Positions 1 through 13,975 are shown, counted from the first letter of the whole stretch. The stretch: 62,856 bases of DNA, filler included, from Globobulimina sp. (GCA_003354225.1; 21 parts of 21 records of this genome joined end to end with filler, not necessarily neighbours in it); one strand, 5' to 3'. Made by a program: numbers and translations. Notes: generated by a model not told the origin, from the sequence alone.

Positions 1-1
1 A

Positions 2-253
2 ACGCAAATTAGCTTCGAACTATCGGCTAAAGTTAGAAGTATTATTACTGTAAAAGGTGAATTAATGTTAAATAATGTACGTATTTCATCATATGCAGGT
101 TCTCCATTCTCTGCAAAGATTATTCAAGGTTTATCCAGTAAAATATTACATATTACCAAAGTATCAAATAATTCAACAAAAACTGCAAATGTCTTATGTG
201 AATGGTTTAGGAATAATATATTTGAAAAAAATCCTGGAATATTGAATTTATAA
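2..253 (+). CDS. 3' end of hypothetical protein (5' partial)
   Basis: Frame open from nt 2 (TQISFELSAKVRSII...) to TAA 253; no recognised motif. Confidence 0.4.
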   Translation, partial: TQISFELSAKVRSIITVKGELMLNNVRISSYAGSPFSAKIIQGLSSKILHITKVSNNSTKTANVLCEWFRNNIFEKNPGILNL

Positions 254-415
254 GCAATAAATAAGCGTATTATTTGCATTGAATTTAGATTGACACTTTG
301 TTGATTTCGAAGAGCATGAGGTCATTTGCTCTATTTTTTCTATCCTCGCACTTTAATGAAAGCACAGTTACAATATAAAAGTAAAAACGATCTAAAAACC
401 AAATTGCACACAATC

Positions 416-853
416 TTATTTTAATTGCTGCATTTGAGTCATTTCAACTGTGCCGTTGCGACCTTTCTTATCAAACCAAGTCGCTGAGATACACCACTTT
501 TTGACAACTCCATTGATCGAACAAACGTACCCATTCGAATCTGTTCTTGTCAATGAAACTTTATCTCCGATCACCATTCCGCATATTTGGATGACCCTTT
601 GTGGCTTTATGCGGCTTTTCATTTTTGCAGATTGTTCCAGTATTACTTCTCCGTCAATTACTCCTTTTGAATCATGTTTGGTTATATTAACAATGAAATG
701 GTGCGTATAAACTTTCTTGCTGTAAACTAACCACATCCACCGACCGACCATGGATAATGTTCCTTCTCTGGGTGCATCAAAAATGCTATCATTAATAATG
801 TCATCCTTCACATCAATCCCTTGCTTTGTCTCGACCACATCATGCGCTGCCAT
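416..853 (-). CDS. Hypothetical protein, 145 aa, beta-rich
   Basis: ATG-initiated ORF with AT-rich flanks; no family recognised. Confidence 0.5.
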   Translation of the reverse strand: MAAHDVVETKQGIDVKDDIINDSIFDAPREGTLSMVGRWMWLVYSKKVYTHHFIVNITKHDSKGVIDGEVILEQSAKMKSRIKPQRVIQICGMVIGDKVSLTRTDSNGYVCSINGVVKKWCISATWFDKKGRNGTVEMTQMQQLK

Positions 854-1073
854 GTAAAATGAACTAGAGCTTTTAGTCTCAATGCTCAGATTTTGATATA
901 GAGTGAAATTCTATTATGAAATGCAAAAAGTACAAACAATTAAACCGCGCTAAAATGAAAAAAGAAAAGATCACCAAACAAACAAATGTCAATCAAGAAA
1001 GTATATTCAATGTCATTAATTTCCCAAACCGTTTCTGAACAGTTATCGTGTAAATACCTTATTACATACAATA

Positions 1074-2652
1074 TCACATTAATTTATAAATAATCATTTG
1101 CAATTCAAGGCATTTCAAGCATCCATCCATGTCAATGTCATTTATAATTAACAAGATATTGAACAATAAGGCATTTATATATATATATACTTTATCCCAT
1201 ATCCACAAATTGGTCATCCACTTCTCAGAATCAACCGGTGGTTCCGCATAATGCTGCGATTTCACATCAACATTTCCATCAGGAAACAAATCATAAAAAA
1301 ACATCACCGATCCCTTTACCGGTTGCACCCCGAAATAGCCGTTATGATCCTTACACTCTGCATCAGGTTTCGTAAATGATGTGTTGCCGCCCTCTGAAAC
1401 ATCATTCAAATACATTAAAAATGTAATATATCGATTATGCGGCCGATCCGTGCCATAATCCACATGCGCTTTATACAATTCACCACCAAAATAATGCACT
1501 AACTGCAGCGACTCAGATGATCCATTTAAATACAACTTACTCTCTGGAATCTTAACTGTGTCCGCCACCCTCCTCACTATGTTATCAATAATAAACGATT
1601 TACTCCGTTCTAACCACACTGTCTGCGAGGTCCTATCCAATGTAGTCAACGCTTCCTCGCTCACTGTCGACCGCTTCAAACCAATGAACTGTCCCAAAAG
1701 TTTAACATGTTCCATCTCAGCATCAGATAAAAAGTTATATATTCTAAAAGCTCGCGGAGAATGACCGCAGAGATTAATAATCTCAATGGTAACATTTTCA
1801 TCGTTTTCTGTGAGTTTCGGTCTACAATAAGTCGTTTCATTCATTCTACCAATATAAAAATTGGCATTGTCAATCTGAAAGGAAGGCGGTACCTTTTTAC
1901 AGTCATCAGCGTCGGGGTCCTCTTGGCATTTTTCTGAGACAACTGTATTTTTTGCATCATGGAGCCATTCGCCTTCCATCTCATTCAATTTTGCTATGTC
2001 TTGCTGCGATAAGTCATCATCTGCACAGATTCGAAACTGTGTCCGGTCTGTCTCGGCATAGATTATCTCGCCTAGTGAAAGTAAAAAACTTTAACTGAAC
2101 TCAACTCAAAATGAGAGGTCAAGAGAAATATGTGAAGTGGATACCAGTTTGCTGTACATCATAGTAATGATGCGTCACAGGTTCGCGTGGGTAATAGTTG
2201 AGCCATCGTCTGCCAGTCCTTTGCATATATTCTTTCATCCATTTTGATTTTGTACGTTCAAATTCAACGCCTCTCTCTGCCATAGTTGCTTGATTATATA
2301 ACGTAACTAAACCTGTATGAACTTCCATTATTATTTCATATAATATATTTGCTTTGGAGCCGTTCGAATTTTTTGGTGTGTAATAAAACCTATGTCCTAA
2401 AAATGTATTTATTGTTATCTGCCCGGTGTGATCGAGTGAGCTTTGTAATACGCCGTCTTTACTATCATCCCAATACAATTCTGTTGGTTCTCCAGATTGA
2501 TTCTCAAATATTACTTCCAATGCATTGGGATGTTTTGTGGTTTCCTGTTTGACTGCACCATCTGTGCCAACTTCAATGGATTGGATTGCTTCTTCTTCTC
2601 CGTTGATTATCATTAGAAATGTCAAACATAATAATGTGCTGATGAAATGCAT
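1074..2652 (-). CDS. Secreted/ER prolyl 4-hydroxylase-like 2OG-Fe(II) oxygenase; intron 2072-2144; probable second intron starting at ~1190, so 3' end uncertain
   Basis: Signal peptide MHFISTLLCLTFLMIING; SPRAFRIYNFLS..E, RTSQTVW, HVD (HxD), TFLMYLNDVSEGGNTSF, distal His (QHYAEPP), EKW..NLWIWD; GT..AG splice joins ORFs 2119-2652 and 1074-1988 in frame (QQTG/EIIYAE). Confidence 0.88.
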
Positions 2653-2900
2653 TATTTTTGTGCTTTTTTTTGTGGATTGTCAGGTGTTAATTTAGCAACA
2701 AAACAAGGTAATGTTGATGGTGTTTGATGCAAATATAACGGCAGGATGGAGTTGAATAAAAAAAAACTGTATCTACTAAAACTTTTTCTCACTATATTAC
2801 ATCAAAAAGCAATTTTGGATCCTTCCAACAATTTTACACTCACATTCATCTTTAAGAGAGAATGGATTGGGATCGAGCAACAGTAACATATTCATCACAA

Positions 2901-3000
2901 NNNNNNNNNNNNNNNNNNNNNNNNNNNNNNNNNNNNNNNNNNNNTTAATTAATTAANNNNNNNNNNNNNNNNNNNNNNNNNNNNNNNNNNNNNNNNNNNN
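2901..3000. other. Artificial contig spacer (N44-TTAATTAATTAA-N44), first of 20. Others start at 5901, 8900, 11899, 14898, 17897, 20896, 23895, 26893, 29891, 32889, 35886, 38883, 41880, 44877, 47874, 50871, 53868, 56865, 59861
   Basis: Identical 100-nt blocks about every 3 kb with a six-frame stop linker; flanking contig lengths fall monotonically from 2900 to 2896. Confidence 0.99.
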
Positions 3001-3960
<960 letters not shown>

Positions 3961-4196
3961 GGTTGATTGATAGTTGACTAGTTTTGCGCTTTTTTTTTGT
4001 GTGTGATCCGCTTGTTTTTGTTATACCAAACTAGCTGCGAGATTGTGCACGGTTTTTATTTAACAATTTACCTCTATCGTATGTTGCATTCAGTAATGAA
4101 ACTACTTTTAATAAAATAGCACATATTTGAATCTTTTGACCGTTTATATGTAGCTGGCTGTTTTTACTTTAATCCAAAAAGAATACTTTATTAACC

Positions 4197-5900
4197 ATGT
4201 CCTCTGAGTTAGTGGCCATGCATCAACAGAAAGATACAAATACCCAACGTTTATTACCTCAACCAACTTCATCGCGATCTTGTAAAAAGCGTCAGATTAT
4301 ATTAATATCGTCATTTTGTTTGCTTATTATTGCAACGGTGATCACATTGCTTATTGTTTATGATGTATTTGAGTCATCGTCACCAAGTTCAACTAAATCA
4401 GGAATGTTTGGTTTATGGCCATGTTTTGGTGGAAATATGCACAATCAACAAACCTCGCAATATCCTGAATTAATACATATTACATCAAAAAACATAATGA
4501 ATGTAACCACAAACTGTATTTACGAATCACCGAACGGATACGGCGCCTCTGGATATCCAACAATCGACGATGAAAATAATGCATATTTCAGCGATATGAG
4601 TGGTTATATCACCAAAATAAATCTAGAAAATTGCACTGTGAGTTGGAGAGTAAATGTTGCTCATTTATTGGGAGATGCGTTATCATCATATACTGTCATA
4701 ATACACCAATCATTGACATTGTTCAAAGACAACAGGAATAACAAAGGAATTCTGTTTGGTGCCCCTAATAATCGTCAATTCCATTCAACATATCCAATTA
4801 ATGCAAGTTGCTACGCAATGGCTGTTAATATCAGTGATGGCTCTTTAATGTGGAAATTAGAAATCGGTCCATGGACAGATCCGCATAATTCACGATGTTA
4901 TGTTCATGGATTCTTTGTTGACAGTGACGGTTTTGCATTTGGTGGACTGTCAATGAATGGAATGTTAGCTGAAAAATCTGAATATATCGGCAGATTTTTT
5001 AAAATTGATATTAATGAGCCACGAATTGTAAATCAGTGGTATCCGTTTAACAAAAATCTCACCAAATATGATGAGCACAACATGTCTTATTTAGGCTGCG
5101 GTGTTTGGAACATGCCCGCCATCATTGATCAATATGTCGTATTTGGCACAGGTAATTTTTATCGAAGCCCAAAATATGTCGACCAATGTTTATCTGGCAA
5201 TTTTAGTAAAATCCCAATCGAACAGGCTCATACAACGGATGTTTGTGGCAATGATAAGGCAGATGACAGATTTTGGAGATGTTTGGAAAAAGATATGTAT
5301 CCAAACAGTCTCATTATTTTGAATCGACATACATTTGAGATGGAATATGGAATCCCATTGATTGGAAATGATGTATATCTCCCAACTGCAAATTGTTATA
5401 GTTCTGATATTGAAAATCGACATCGATTTTGTCCATCTGTTGGCAATACCGGACCCGATGCAGACTTGGCAGCAGTGGCTGCATTTAGGCATAATGGCAG
5501 TTTGTATGCTGCAGCATCTCAGAAACCAGGACAGTTTTTTCTTTTTGAAATTCCTTCCGGAGACCTAATAATTTCAAAGAAATTTGCCTCATGGACTGCT
5601 ATTGGTAACTTTAACATGGCCGTGGCTCAAGAATCCATGATTGGCATTGTGACAGCTCACGGTCGCTCGCAACGTCGATATCGCTTAAATGAGAATGTGG
5701 TGCTTTGTGAGCAGACGGGTTCAGTGCATGCCATTGATTTGCGGACAGGAAATACGTTGTGGCAAATTGTAAACCCGTATGGAACTATAAATGAATCGAG
5801 ATGTTACAATGACAGTTTATTTGCAGGATATGTGAATCGAGGAATTAATCAAAGTTGTGAATATGGTGATTTTTTATCAAATGACGGCGATGATAATATA
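4197..5900 (+). CDS. Type II membrane-anchored PQQ-type beta-propeller, polyvinyl-alcohol-dehydrogenase-like (3' partial)
   Basis: N-terminal TM (IILISSFCLLIIATVITLLIV); WPCFGGNMHNQ, G.lmWK repeats, GCGVWNMPAI, VFGTGNFY, GPDADL, ASQKPG, HAIDLRTGNTLWQ. Confidence 0.7.
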
Positions 5901-6000
5901 NNNNNNNNNNNNNNNNNNNNNNNNNNNNNNNNNNNNNNNNNNNNTTAATTAATTAANNNNNNNNNNNNNNNNNNNNNNNNNNNNNNNNNNNNNNNNNNNN

Positions 6001-8120
6001 GATGTTGGTTCAAGTATTTTTAATAAAATTTCATTTTGTGCAGATATTGAAATAATTAATGAATATGATTTAAATGGAAATGATATAACATCCAAACAAA
6101 TGCACAGTCAGTGGGTCAGATATGTATCAGATAAGCATGCCAATGCATTGGTTGTTGATCAATATTTTATTCGCTATAAAGCAAAGCAATTAGTTAACAA
6201 AATTGATTTAAGAACAAAAGACATTGTTAATGGATACCTACGAAGATATTTATCTATGTATGATGAGACAGCACAGATTTTCTCAAAGATTTTATTTTTA
6301 TGTTTATTAAATATTTATGATTTTTTTATGTTTACATTTGGAAAATACAAATATGAGTGGAATATACCGGAAATCAAAAAAAAAAGAAAGAAACAAAGCA
6401 TTGTCTAACAACGAATAACATTGCCATTATTAAATAATATGTCCGCTGGGAATCTGTCATCAATTTTTGTCATCGGACAATTAAAGTTTATTTTGGCGAT
6501 ATATAACGGATATTTTTATTTAGTTTTATTAACAATGCCGTGTGAATGGACTTCATTATCCGTGAAAATTACAATGAAATTATCCGGTGTGAAACCATTA
6601 AAATGTATAATGAGAACATTTTATAATCAATTTTTCAAAAATAATTTTGGTGAATATGGCGTATTATTAGCTCACAAACCAAAAATAAAAAATAAAATGT
6701 CTGACAGTACGGAGATTGCAATTAATATATTAAGAATTGAATCAATTAAAAGTGGATATTTTTATCAAAAACAGTTGCGGAATTATGTGAGGCAACAAAC
6801 ACTGAAATGGAAAATTAATATTAATGAATTATTAAATGATAAATTACGGCAACAGATATTAACCAGCAATATCTATGACGCCATGTGGTCCATGAAAGCT
6901 ATCATTGACAATAATTACAAATTAAAAATTTCATTACAAATTGTTACGTTACCTACACATATTCACGGATTAGACGCGCAATGTACATTTTATTGTAATT
7001 TAAATGGCAACGAAATAAATAAAGTTACAATTGTTCATCATTTTGATTATAATAATACAGTTTGTAAACCTTGTGATGTTGCAACGATATCACATTCAAA
7101 ACAAGATCGTTGCAAAAATATTGTTTGTTTTGTTGACATTTTGATCGTAAAAGAATATGACTTTCATACAAATGACATTACACCGTATTTAATTGGATAT
7201 GAATGGACAAATTATGTTTTAAATAAAGAAAAACGAGAAAAGCCGGATATTGATTTAAATAAATTAGATAAAAGAACAATAATTATTTGTACAGGATATA
7301 TACGTTATTATTTAAGAGATGACCGGATAATGAAAGCAATAATGGATATTTGTTTGTGTTTTATATATGATCATTTTATGGTAAATTACGGGGAATATAC
7401 ATGGAATATAACTCATTTCAAATCTATTACAAATGGGAAAGCATCAGAATCGAATGTATTTTGTATTGCTAAATTATTATGGAAAATTAAATTATTTCCA
7501 ACCGGAGTTGATGGCCATAGTGCAAATGTTGGATTATTTCAAATTTATTTGCATTTATTAACTTTCCCTCCAAGCTGGAAACATATAAAATGTGTTGTTA
7601 TTTTTCAATGTAAACAATCGCAATCAAAACAAACAAATATCGTTTATTTTATAAAAGAGAATAAAACATTATTGGGCTGTGTCAATATATTAACATTGCC
7701 ACAATGCAGACAACTCAAATTAAAGCAGTTCACGTTTAATGTAAATATTAATGTGTTGCAGATTGGGTTTACCGGCGATGGTAAACCCTATAAAATAAAA
7801 TGGTTTGATAGTTATGAGAAGAATTTAACATTTAAATGGAGCCCAATTGAGAAATTATTAAATAAAATGAAGATTGCTCGATACAGACAACGATTTGAAA
7901 GCGAAATTGTGGATCAAATGTGGTATTTTTCATGTTATCCAAATGGATGTCGTGATAAAATACAAAATGATGTAGTTTTGTGTTTAAATTTACATTTGCT
8001 ACCAACCAATGTCTCAAAATTAAAAGTACAAATTAAACTATATTTGTTAGAGCAGGAACAAATAATTGCAATGGAACATAATATTCATATATTTGATAGA
8101 GTGGAAAATAATTATTCATG
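6001..8120 (+). pseudogene. Tandem MATH/TRAF-like repeat protein, interrupted by one in-frame TAA (6406-6408) and truncated by a chimeric junction at ~8110
   Basis: ORFs 6100-6408 and 6421- share a frame that is open from 6001; repeated units (EYDLNGNDIT/EYDFHTNDIT; GYLRRYL..YEWNI/GYIRYYL..YTWNI); MATH-like FESEIVDQMWYFSCYPNG, WKIKLFPTG..IYLHL. Confidence 0.65.
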
Positions 8121-8790
8121 GAAGTTGCTGTTTCGTTCCAACCATCACCAGCTGTCGGTGCCGTACCTCCCCAGGCATTCGTTGTCGTACCCGCTGGCGC
8201 GCCAATGGATTGAGCGCCCGATACGGTGGTGTAGCTTGCTGTGGCTGTCGCAACGTCCGCCGCAATCGTGGTGTATGGCGGAGGTGGACCACCTGAGCCC
8301 TGACCTGCGGCCGGCATCGTCCAGGTAGCCAAAGTTGACGGAACAGTACACAAGGACGGAGGAGGTGGTGGTGGTGGCGTAATGTTGACTGTCAACGGTG
8401 CGGTAGCAAATTCACCTGAATCCAAACTACCAACGAACAAATTATTCGTAGTATTAGTAAAAGAACCTGTAACAGCAGGGGTAACATTCACCTTGATTGT
8501 ACAACTGCTATTCGCTGCGACAGTACCATTCGCGAATGAGATTGAGGACGATCCAGCGACTGCTGTCAATGTTGGAGTGCCACAACTGGTGGTCGTTGCG
8601 TTCGGTGGTGTCGCCACCACTAAATTGGCTGGCAAAGGATCGACAAAATTATACCCACTGACCGTACCAGGATTCGGGTTCGTCACAGTAATTGTCAAAG
8701 CTGAGATGCCGTTCACATTAGTAGGATTTGGGCTAAAGCTTTTAACAATAGTAACATTTGTCGGGTCAACAATTTTGGCGATGCGGGCAC
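8105..8790 (-). CDS. Fragment of a bacterial cell-surface protein with DUF11/DUF7933-type Ig-like repeat
   Basis: TIVKSFSPNP...LTITVTNPN....NFVDPLPANLVVATPPNATTTSCG...GTVAANSSCTIKVNVT; abrupt GC increase relative to the host DNA. Confidence 0.8.
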
Positions 8791-9328
8791 CGACCAAGCC
8801 CTGCCCCAATTATCCTATTCCCTTGACCTGAAAGGATCCTACGCCATCTTCGCGCACATCCCCGGCGCGATTCAACTCCGACTCACGGGCGATGAACGTN
8901 NNNNNNNNNNNNNNNNNNNNNNNNNNNNNNNNNNNNNNNNNNNTTAATTAATTAANNNNNNNNNNNNNNNNNNNNNNNNNNNNNNNNNNNNNNNNNNNNT
9001 TCTAATGTTAACAAATATAAAAATATGATTGGTATTGATTGGAAGAAAATGTTTCAACTAAAACATAATTTTAATGTGACGCTCCCAACACCTACGTTGG
9101 GCCATCCGTGCCAGCCTGGATTGCCAGAACATGCTATGTTGTCAATAACAAATTTAATAAATTTCTTGCTTCAAATAAATCGATCAAAAAAAATTTAATA
9201 TTCCATCCATACTTAGTCTCGTGTTAATTGCTCAGTAACGTGTTTCCGAAAACAAAGTGTTATGTATAGTGTATATTTAGGAGTTGACGTAGTTACAGTT
9301 TTTTTGAAGCACATTTAACTCAAAAAGA

Positions 9329-11898
9329 ATGACAGAGTTTGATCCAACAAACCCTGCACCGACGTTAAATGAATTCCAAGCAGATTTCCAACCAACAGCA
9401 ACAGATATTGATGCAATCCATGGGAAACGTACAAATGAGGAAGTCAAAATTGACGAAACCGTGATCCGTTCAATGGAAACCGATGGGTTATCCAAACATT
9501 GGAGTTTGCCATGGTTTGAATGTAAAGATTTAAGTAAATATCATGTGGCCAATCCACGTGTAGCCTTCCCACGTATCGCTCGCCAATACGAGAATATATT
9601 GCAAGTGTGGCGAAATAACTACACCTACGGACGCAAAATTCAACAAAACCCACAATTACGGTTACCTCCCTTTGCTCGTTTGGACCAAGCCTGCAACGGA
9701 GATTTGGAAGCATCCAATGCACGGCGACGCAAACATTTAATTGGGACTATCGCATATTGCTGGCAGTTACGCAATATATGCAAGGATGAAAAGGAATGGT
9801 TGGACCGACACGCCAATAAACGCAAAGCAATCAAAGCAAAAACAGGTAAGGTTGCAATTGGCATTTACATTATATACAAACATATCATATGCGATATTGC
9901 GCACTGTAGAAGGCGATGCCGATGCAAAGGAAGACAACAAAGAAGAGGAAGAGGCAGAGGAAGAAAACCCATACAGATGGGGCGCAACTACGCCATCTCA
10001 AATGTATAATGAATGCGCCAAGGCATTGGTTGGTGTGTTTTTCTTATGTTTGTGTGGTTTTGTGCCAATTGCGGAGATTCAGTCCGATTTATACTATCAA
10101 AAAAAATATGATGCCGCACATGTGTTTGCCAATCATATGGCCAAATTAGTATATTTGACCACTGCCGATAAGAAACCGTTGTTTCAAGTCATTTTAAATA
10201 TGGTTTGTACTGGAAATACCGGCAGGAATTTTGTGTTCACGCATCATTTACATAATTGCATCAACTTTGAATCAAAGCACTCTTCTCAGTCGTTACGAGA
10301 ACAAGGTTTGTTTGTATTAAATTATAATATTAATAAATAAATAAATAAATGTTGCAATTGCATATAGCCTCACAATTAGACCAGGCATTGACCGATTTGC
10401 CAGCAACGTCGTCCAAACGCATCCAAAAATTAGCTCAGTTACAGAAAATCAGCGGGGAATTGAACAGCTGCGCCGCCTTAAACGACCAGTTCATAGCGAT
10501 AATGAAAAAAAAAGCACTGCAGACCAAAAAAGCGGACTATGTGTATTTGCGCGTATTTCACGAGTTAGGTTTGCAACGCGATGCCATTCCCTTATTAGCG
10601 GGTTGGGGCATTAACGAAGCCGATTACAACAAGGTTTGGCGCAAGATTGACAATGCCGATTTAGACAATAAGCTAAGACGTATAATCTGTGGCGCCGTCT
10701 CCTATCAATCTAAAAAACAGACTGCGATGGATATCGACCATCACAAATTAGGCATTGGCCCCGATTATATCAAGAAGAAATACTCGGATTTATTATCCAT
10801 TTACAACCAACAAAGAGTGAAAAAGCAAGCTTATGATGACAATGTTGCTGATTTATTGGAAAACAATACCGATTTTCTAAATCATTTTGGCAAAGTAGCC
10901 GATATAAATGAGCAAGATATCAAATCAAATTTACGCGAAGATGAGATAAATACAACCATGTTCGCCCATAAATATCTGAGCGGTCAGGATATTGTAATTG
11001 ATGTGGTCGACGTCTCTGACGATGAAGAGGATAAAGAAGAGAAAGAGGAGCAGAATGAGAATGAGAATGAGAATGAGGATGAGGAGGAAAAGCAGCACGA
11101 ATTGGTAGTAAAAGAAGCCAGATTGGAGGCCTTGCCACAAAATAACAGCAAATTACAACAGTTACTACGTCGGAAAGAGCGGTTATTAGTATCGATGACC
11201 AAACAGTATGGATATTCTGCAGAAGAAATTTCAAAAATGTTGGAGTTGACAGATGGACGCGTCGTGGCATTGACGCCGGAGGAATTTTATTCATTTTATG
11301 GGTCACAGCCGGTAGAATTGATCCAGAAGTTCATGGATAAGAATCTGAATGAAAAGGATCGCGAATCTATGAGCAATTATTTGAAGTTGATATTGGATAG
11401 TTATCGAAGGGTGCAATTGGAAAAAATGAAATTAAAAGACCCAGCCAAACATTTTGGGTCATTGCGAAGTGCGGTTAATGCGCATCATCAGGCTGCCATT
11501 GAACGCATTGATTATACGAAGAAGAAATATACGGATGAATATTTCGCAAAAGTGCAAGGTGAATGTGAGGCGTTTGAGAAAAGGTTACAAGACAAAAAGC
11601 AACAGCAACGGAGTGAGAGGAGGCAACGATTGGAAGTCATTAAGAAGTTGGAAATGAAGAAACGACAGAGATTAACCACACTAAAGCCACTCAATGCTAT
11701 GTCGGGTGCTGCCGCGGATGCGTTGAATGCCGCAGAAGCGCAGAAATTGAAATCATTAAAGGAGAGTCAAGACATTATTGCCCAAAATGAGCAGATTATT
11801 ACACAAAATATTGCCATTAAGGAGAGCAATGAACATATTTTGGATCGGTTTTTTGATGCCGAAGATGCCAAATTGAAGGAGATGAATACAACAGAAGC
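9329..11898 (+). CDS. Large hypothetical coiled-coil/acidic protein; introns 9846-9909 and 10306-10367 (3' partial)
   Basis: Two phase-1 GT..AG introns join three ORFs in frame (KT/EGDAD; EQ/ASQLD). Confidence 0.75.
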
Positions 11899-11998
11899 NN
11901 NNNNNNNNNNNNNNNNNNNNNNNNNNNNNNNNNNNNNNNNNNTTAATTAATTAANNNNNNNNNNNNNNNNNNNNNNNNNNNNNNNNNNNNNNNNNNNN

Positions 11999-12404
11999 CC
12001 AAACCCGTCAATCCCACCAGTCACACCAGTCACACAAATCACACAAATCACACCAATCACACTAATCTCACCAAACCCGTCAATCACACCAGTCACACAA
12101 ATCACACCAGTCACACAAATCACACCAGTCACACAAATCACACTAGTCACACCAATCACACAAATCACACAAATCACACAAATCACACCAGTCACACCAA
12201 TCACACAAATCACACCAATCCCACCAATCCCACCAGTCACACAAATCACACAAATCACACAAATCACACCAATCACACTAATCCCACCAAACCCGTAAAT
12301 CACACCAGTCACACCAGTCACACTAGTCACACCAGTCACACCAATCCCACCAATCCCACCAGTCACACAAATCACACAAATCACACAAATCACACAATCA
12401 CACT
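11999..12404. repeat. 9-bp-unit minisatellite (ATCACACAA/GTCACACCA/ATCCCACCA variants) with higher-order CCAAACCCGT(C/A)AATC punctuation
   Basis: Directly visible tandem array; strongly C/A-biased top strand. Confidence 0.95.
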
Positions 12405-12448
12405 AATTAGTGTTTCCACTAAATACCCCTAAATACCCCTGAAACCGG

Positions 12449-13755
12449 TTATGACCAAATAATATAAAATTCCATAACATTAATATGTGTACGAACTGAT
12501 AGTGGCAGTGTTATTGTGTCAATTATGTCATATCCATAGTAAATAACCACTGCACATCCACCAATACCAAAAATCTTACTTTTTGGGTCACTTTCATTGT
12601 ATGGATATACTGAGCCATCCGGGAGGAAATACAATTTATTTGGCTCCAACATGTCATATTTCCACATCTTCGCATAATCAATGCATTGAATCGAATCTGG
12701 CAACGTTTGTGGTACAAATTTGTATACAAATCTATCAACGAAATTGCCACAAATATATGTTTTTGTGTCCATGGTATCTAATTCAATGGAATCAATGTAC
12801 CATTGCCAGAATATATTTTTCTTTCTTTTATCCTCCGGGATTATCTTTAATTTCTTTCGGAAATCACATTCATTGCTTATTTTATTGTATATCGGCTTTA
12901 TCTGTTCAATAAAAATACATTTTTTTTGATATAATCCATTATTTTGATTACATCTAAGCAGCTTCGAAAAGGATTTTGCATTTAAACGCTTCATAAATGC
13001 GTCAAATGTATTAAATCCATTAAAATTGTTTCTTTCTAATATCGACAACGTATACAATTTATTATTAAATACTTGGATGAGTTTATTGTATTCAATTCTT
13101 ATTTGATTGCTGTCGATCAAATTGATATATGTCGATCCAGCATAATTTAATAATGATATTGCTGTGGCTTCGACGAAATATTTTGCAACGCCGGCACTGA
13201 TTTGTCTGTGTTTGTCATTTAACAATCTATAGCAACTCCGCCTGATTACTCCCATATCATTTATTATTTTCTTTGTATGTAAGTTAAACGTCCATTGATT
13301 GTCAAGTTCCATTCCTAATATTATAAAACTATCGGAGTGCTTATGAACGGTGACGCCGTCCATTGTAAATTTGTATTTTCTATAATTTTTCAGCCAATCA
13401 CATAACTTCGATTTAATTTCTTTTTGATGACTAATAAATTTATTAAATTCATACTTTTCTAATATTAAAATGCATTTTTCATCAATTTCGTTATGGCAAT
13501 AATACCATATTTTTTCTCTTATCGTATAATTAATTACAGAACTTGCGATATCATCCTGTGATTGGTTGTGATTTATCATTTGCTTCATTTGATTTACTGT
13601 AAATACATAGTGCGGCTTTGCAAATTGTTTAATCCATTTTTGATTCCTCGCAACCAGTACTTTTTGCAGTTTATATATTATCGGTATATATTTACTAAAT
13701 TCTTGCCGAAATTGCATCAGTTTCTGGTAATAATGATCCTTAAATACAAACATGT
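12449..13755 (-). mobile_element. Non-LTR retrotransposon remnant: RT C-terminal/thumb region plus truncated RNase H
   Basis: IILGMELDNQWTFNLHTKKI (kyLGv.lD..L.f..Hi motif), SLLNYAGSTY, RNase H YFLPDGSV..GIGGCAVVI..THINVMEFYII; no YADD core present. Confidence 0.75.
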
Positions 13756-13975
13756 AATAGGGAGCAACAGAGTTGCATTGCGGGGCGATAGCCCAGAGGC
13801 AAGATAGCCCAGAGGCAAGATGCATGGGTTCGGGAAGACAGTTTCGAATACGCACGGTACAAGACAAATTTTAGGTTCTGTATGGTATTGTTTGCTAGAG
13901 GTTCAACAAAAAGTACAAGTCTGTGGAATAAATTAAAAATTCAAATTTTATCAAAGCAAAAAAAAAACACACATG

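Noticed and set aside
2901..3000. Regularly spaced TTAATTAATTAA palindrome as a biological repeat, CRISPR-like array or nanochromosome boundary
   Set aside because: It is embedded in N runs of fixed length, a standard concatenation linker. The ~2.9-kb periodicity comes from length-sorting of contigs.
6406..6408. Ciliate-type genetic code (TAA/TAG = Gln) for the organism
   Set aside because: Conserved genes terminate at TAG/TAA in the expected places (TS, PTGR after SKL, PARP), and long AT-rich ORFs lack internal TAR.
11947..12393. 148-aa (VIC/VTG)n ORF, and the array as a CRISPR
   Set aside because: It is a translation of a 9-bp minisatellite with no unique spacers and no cas genes.
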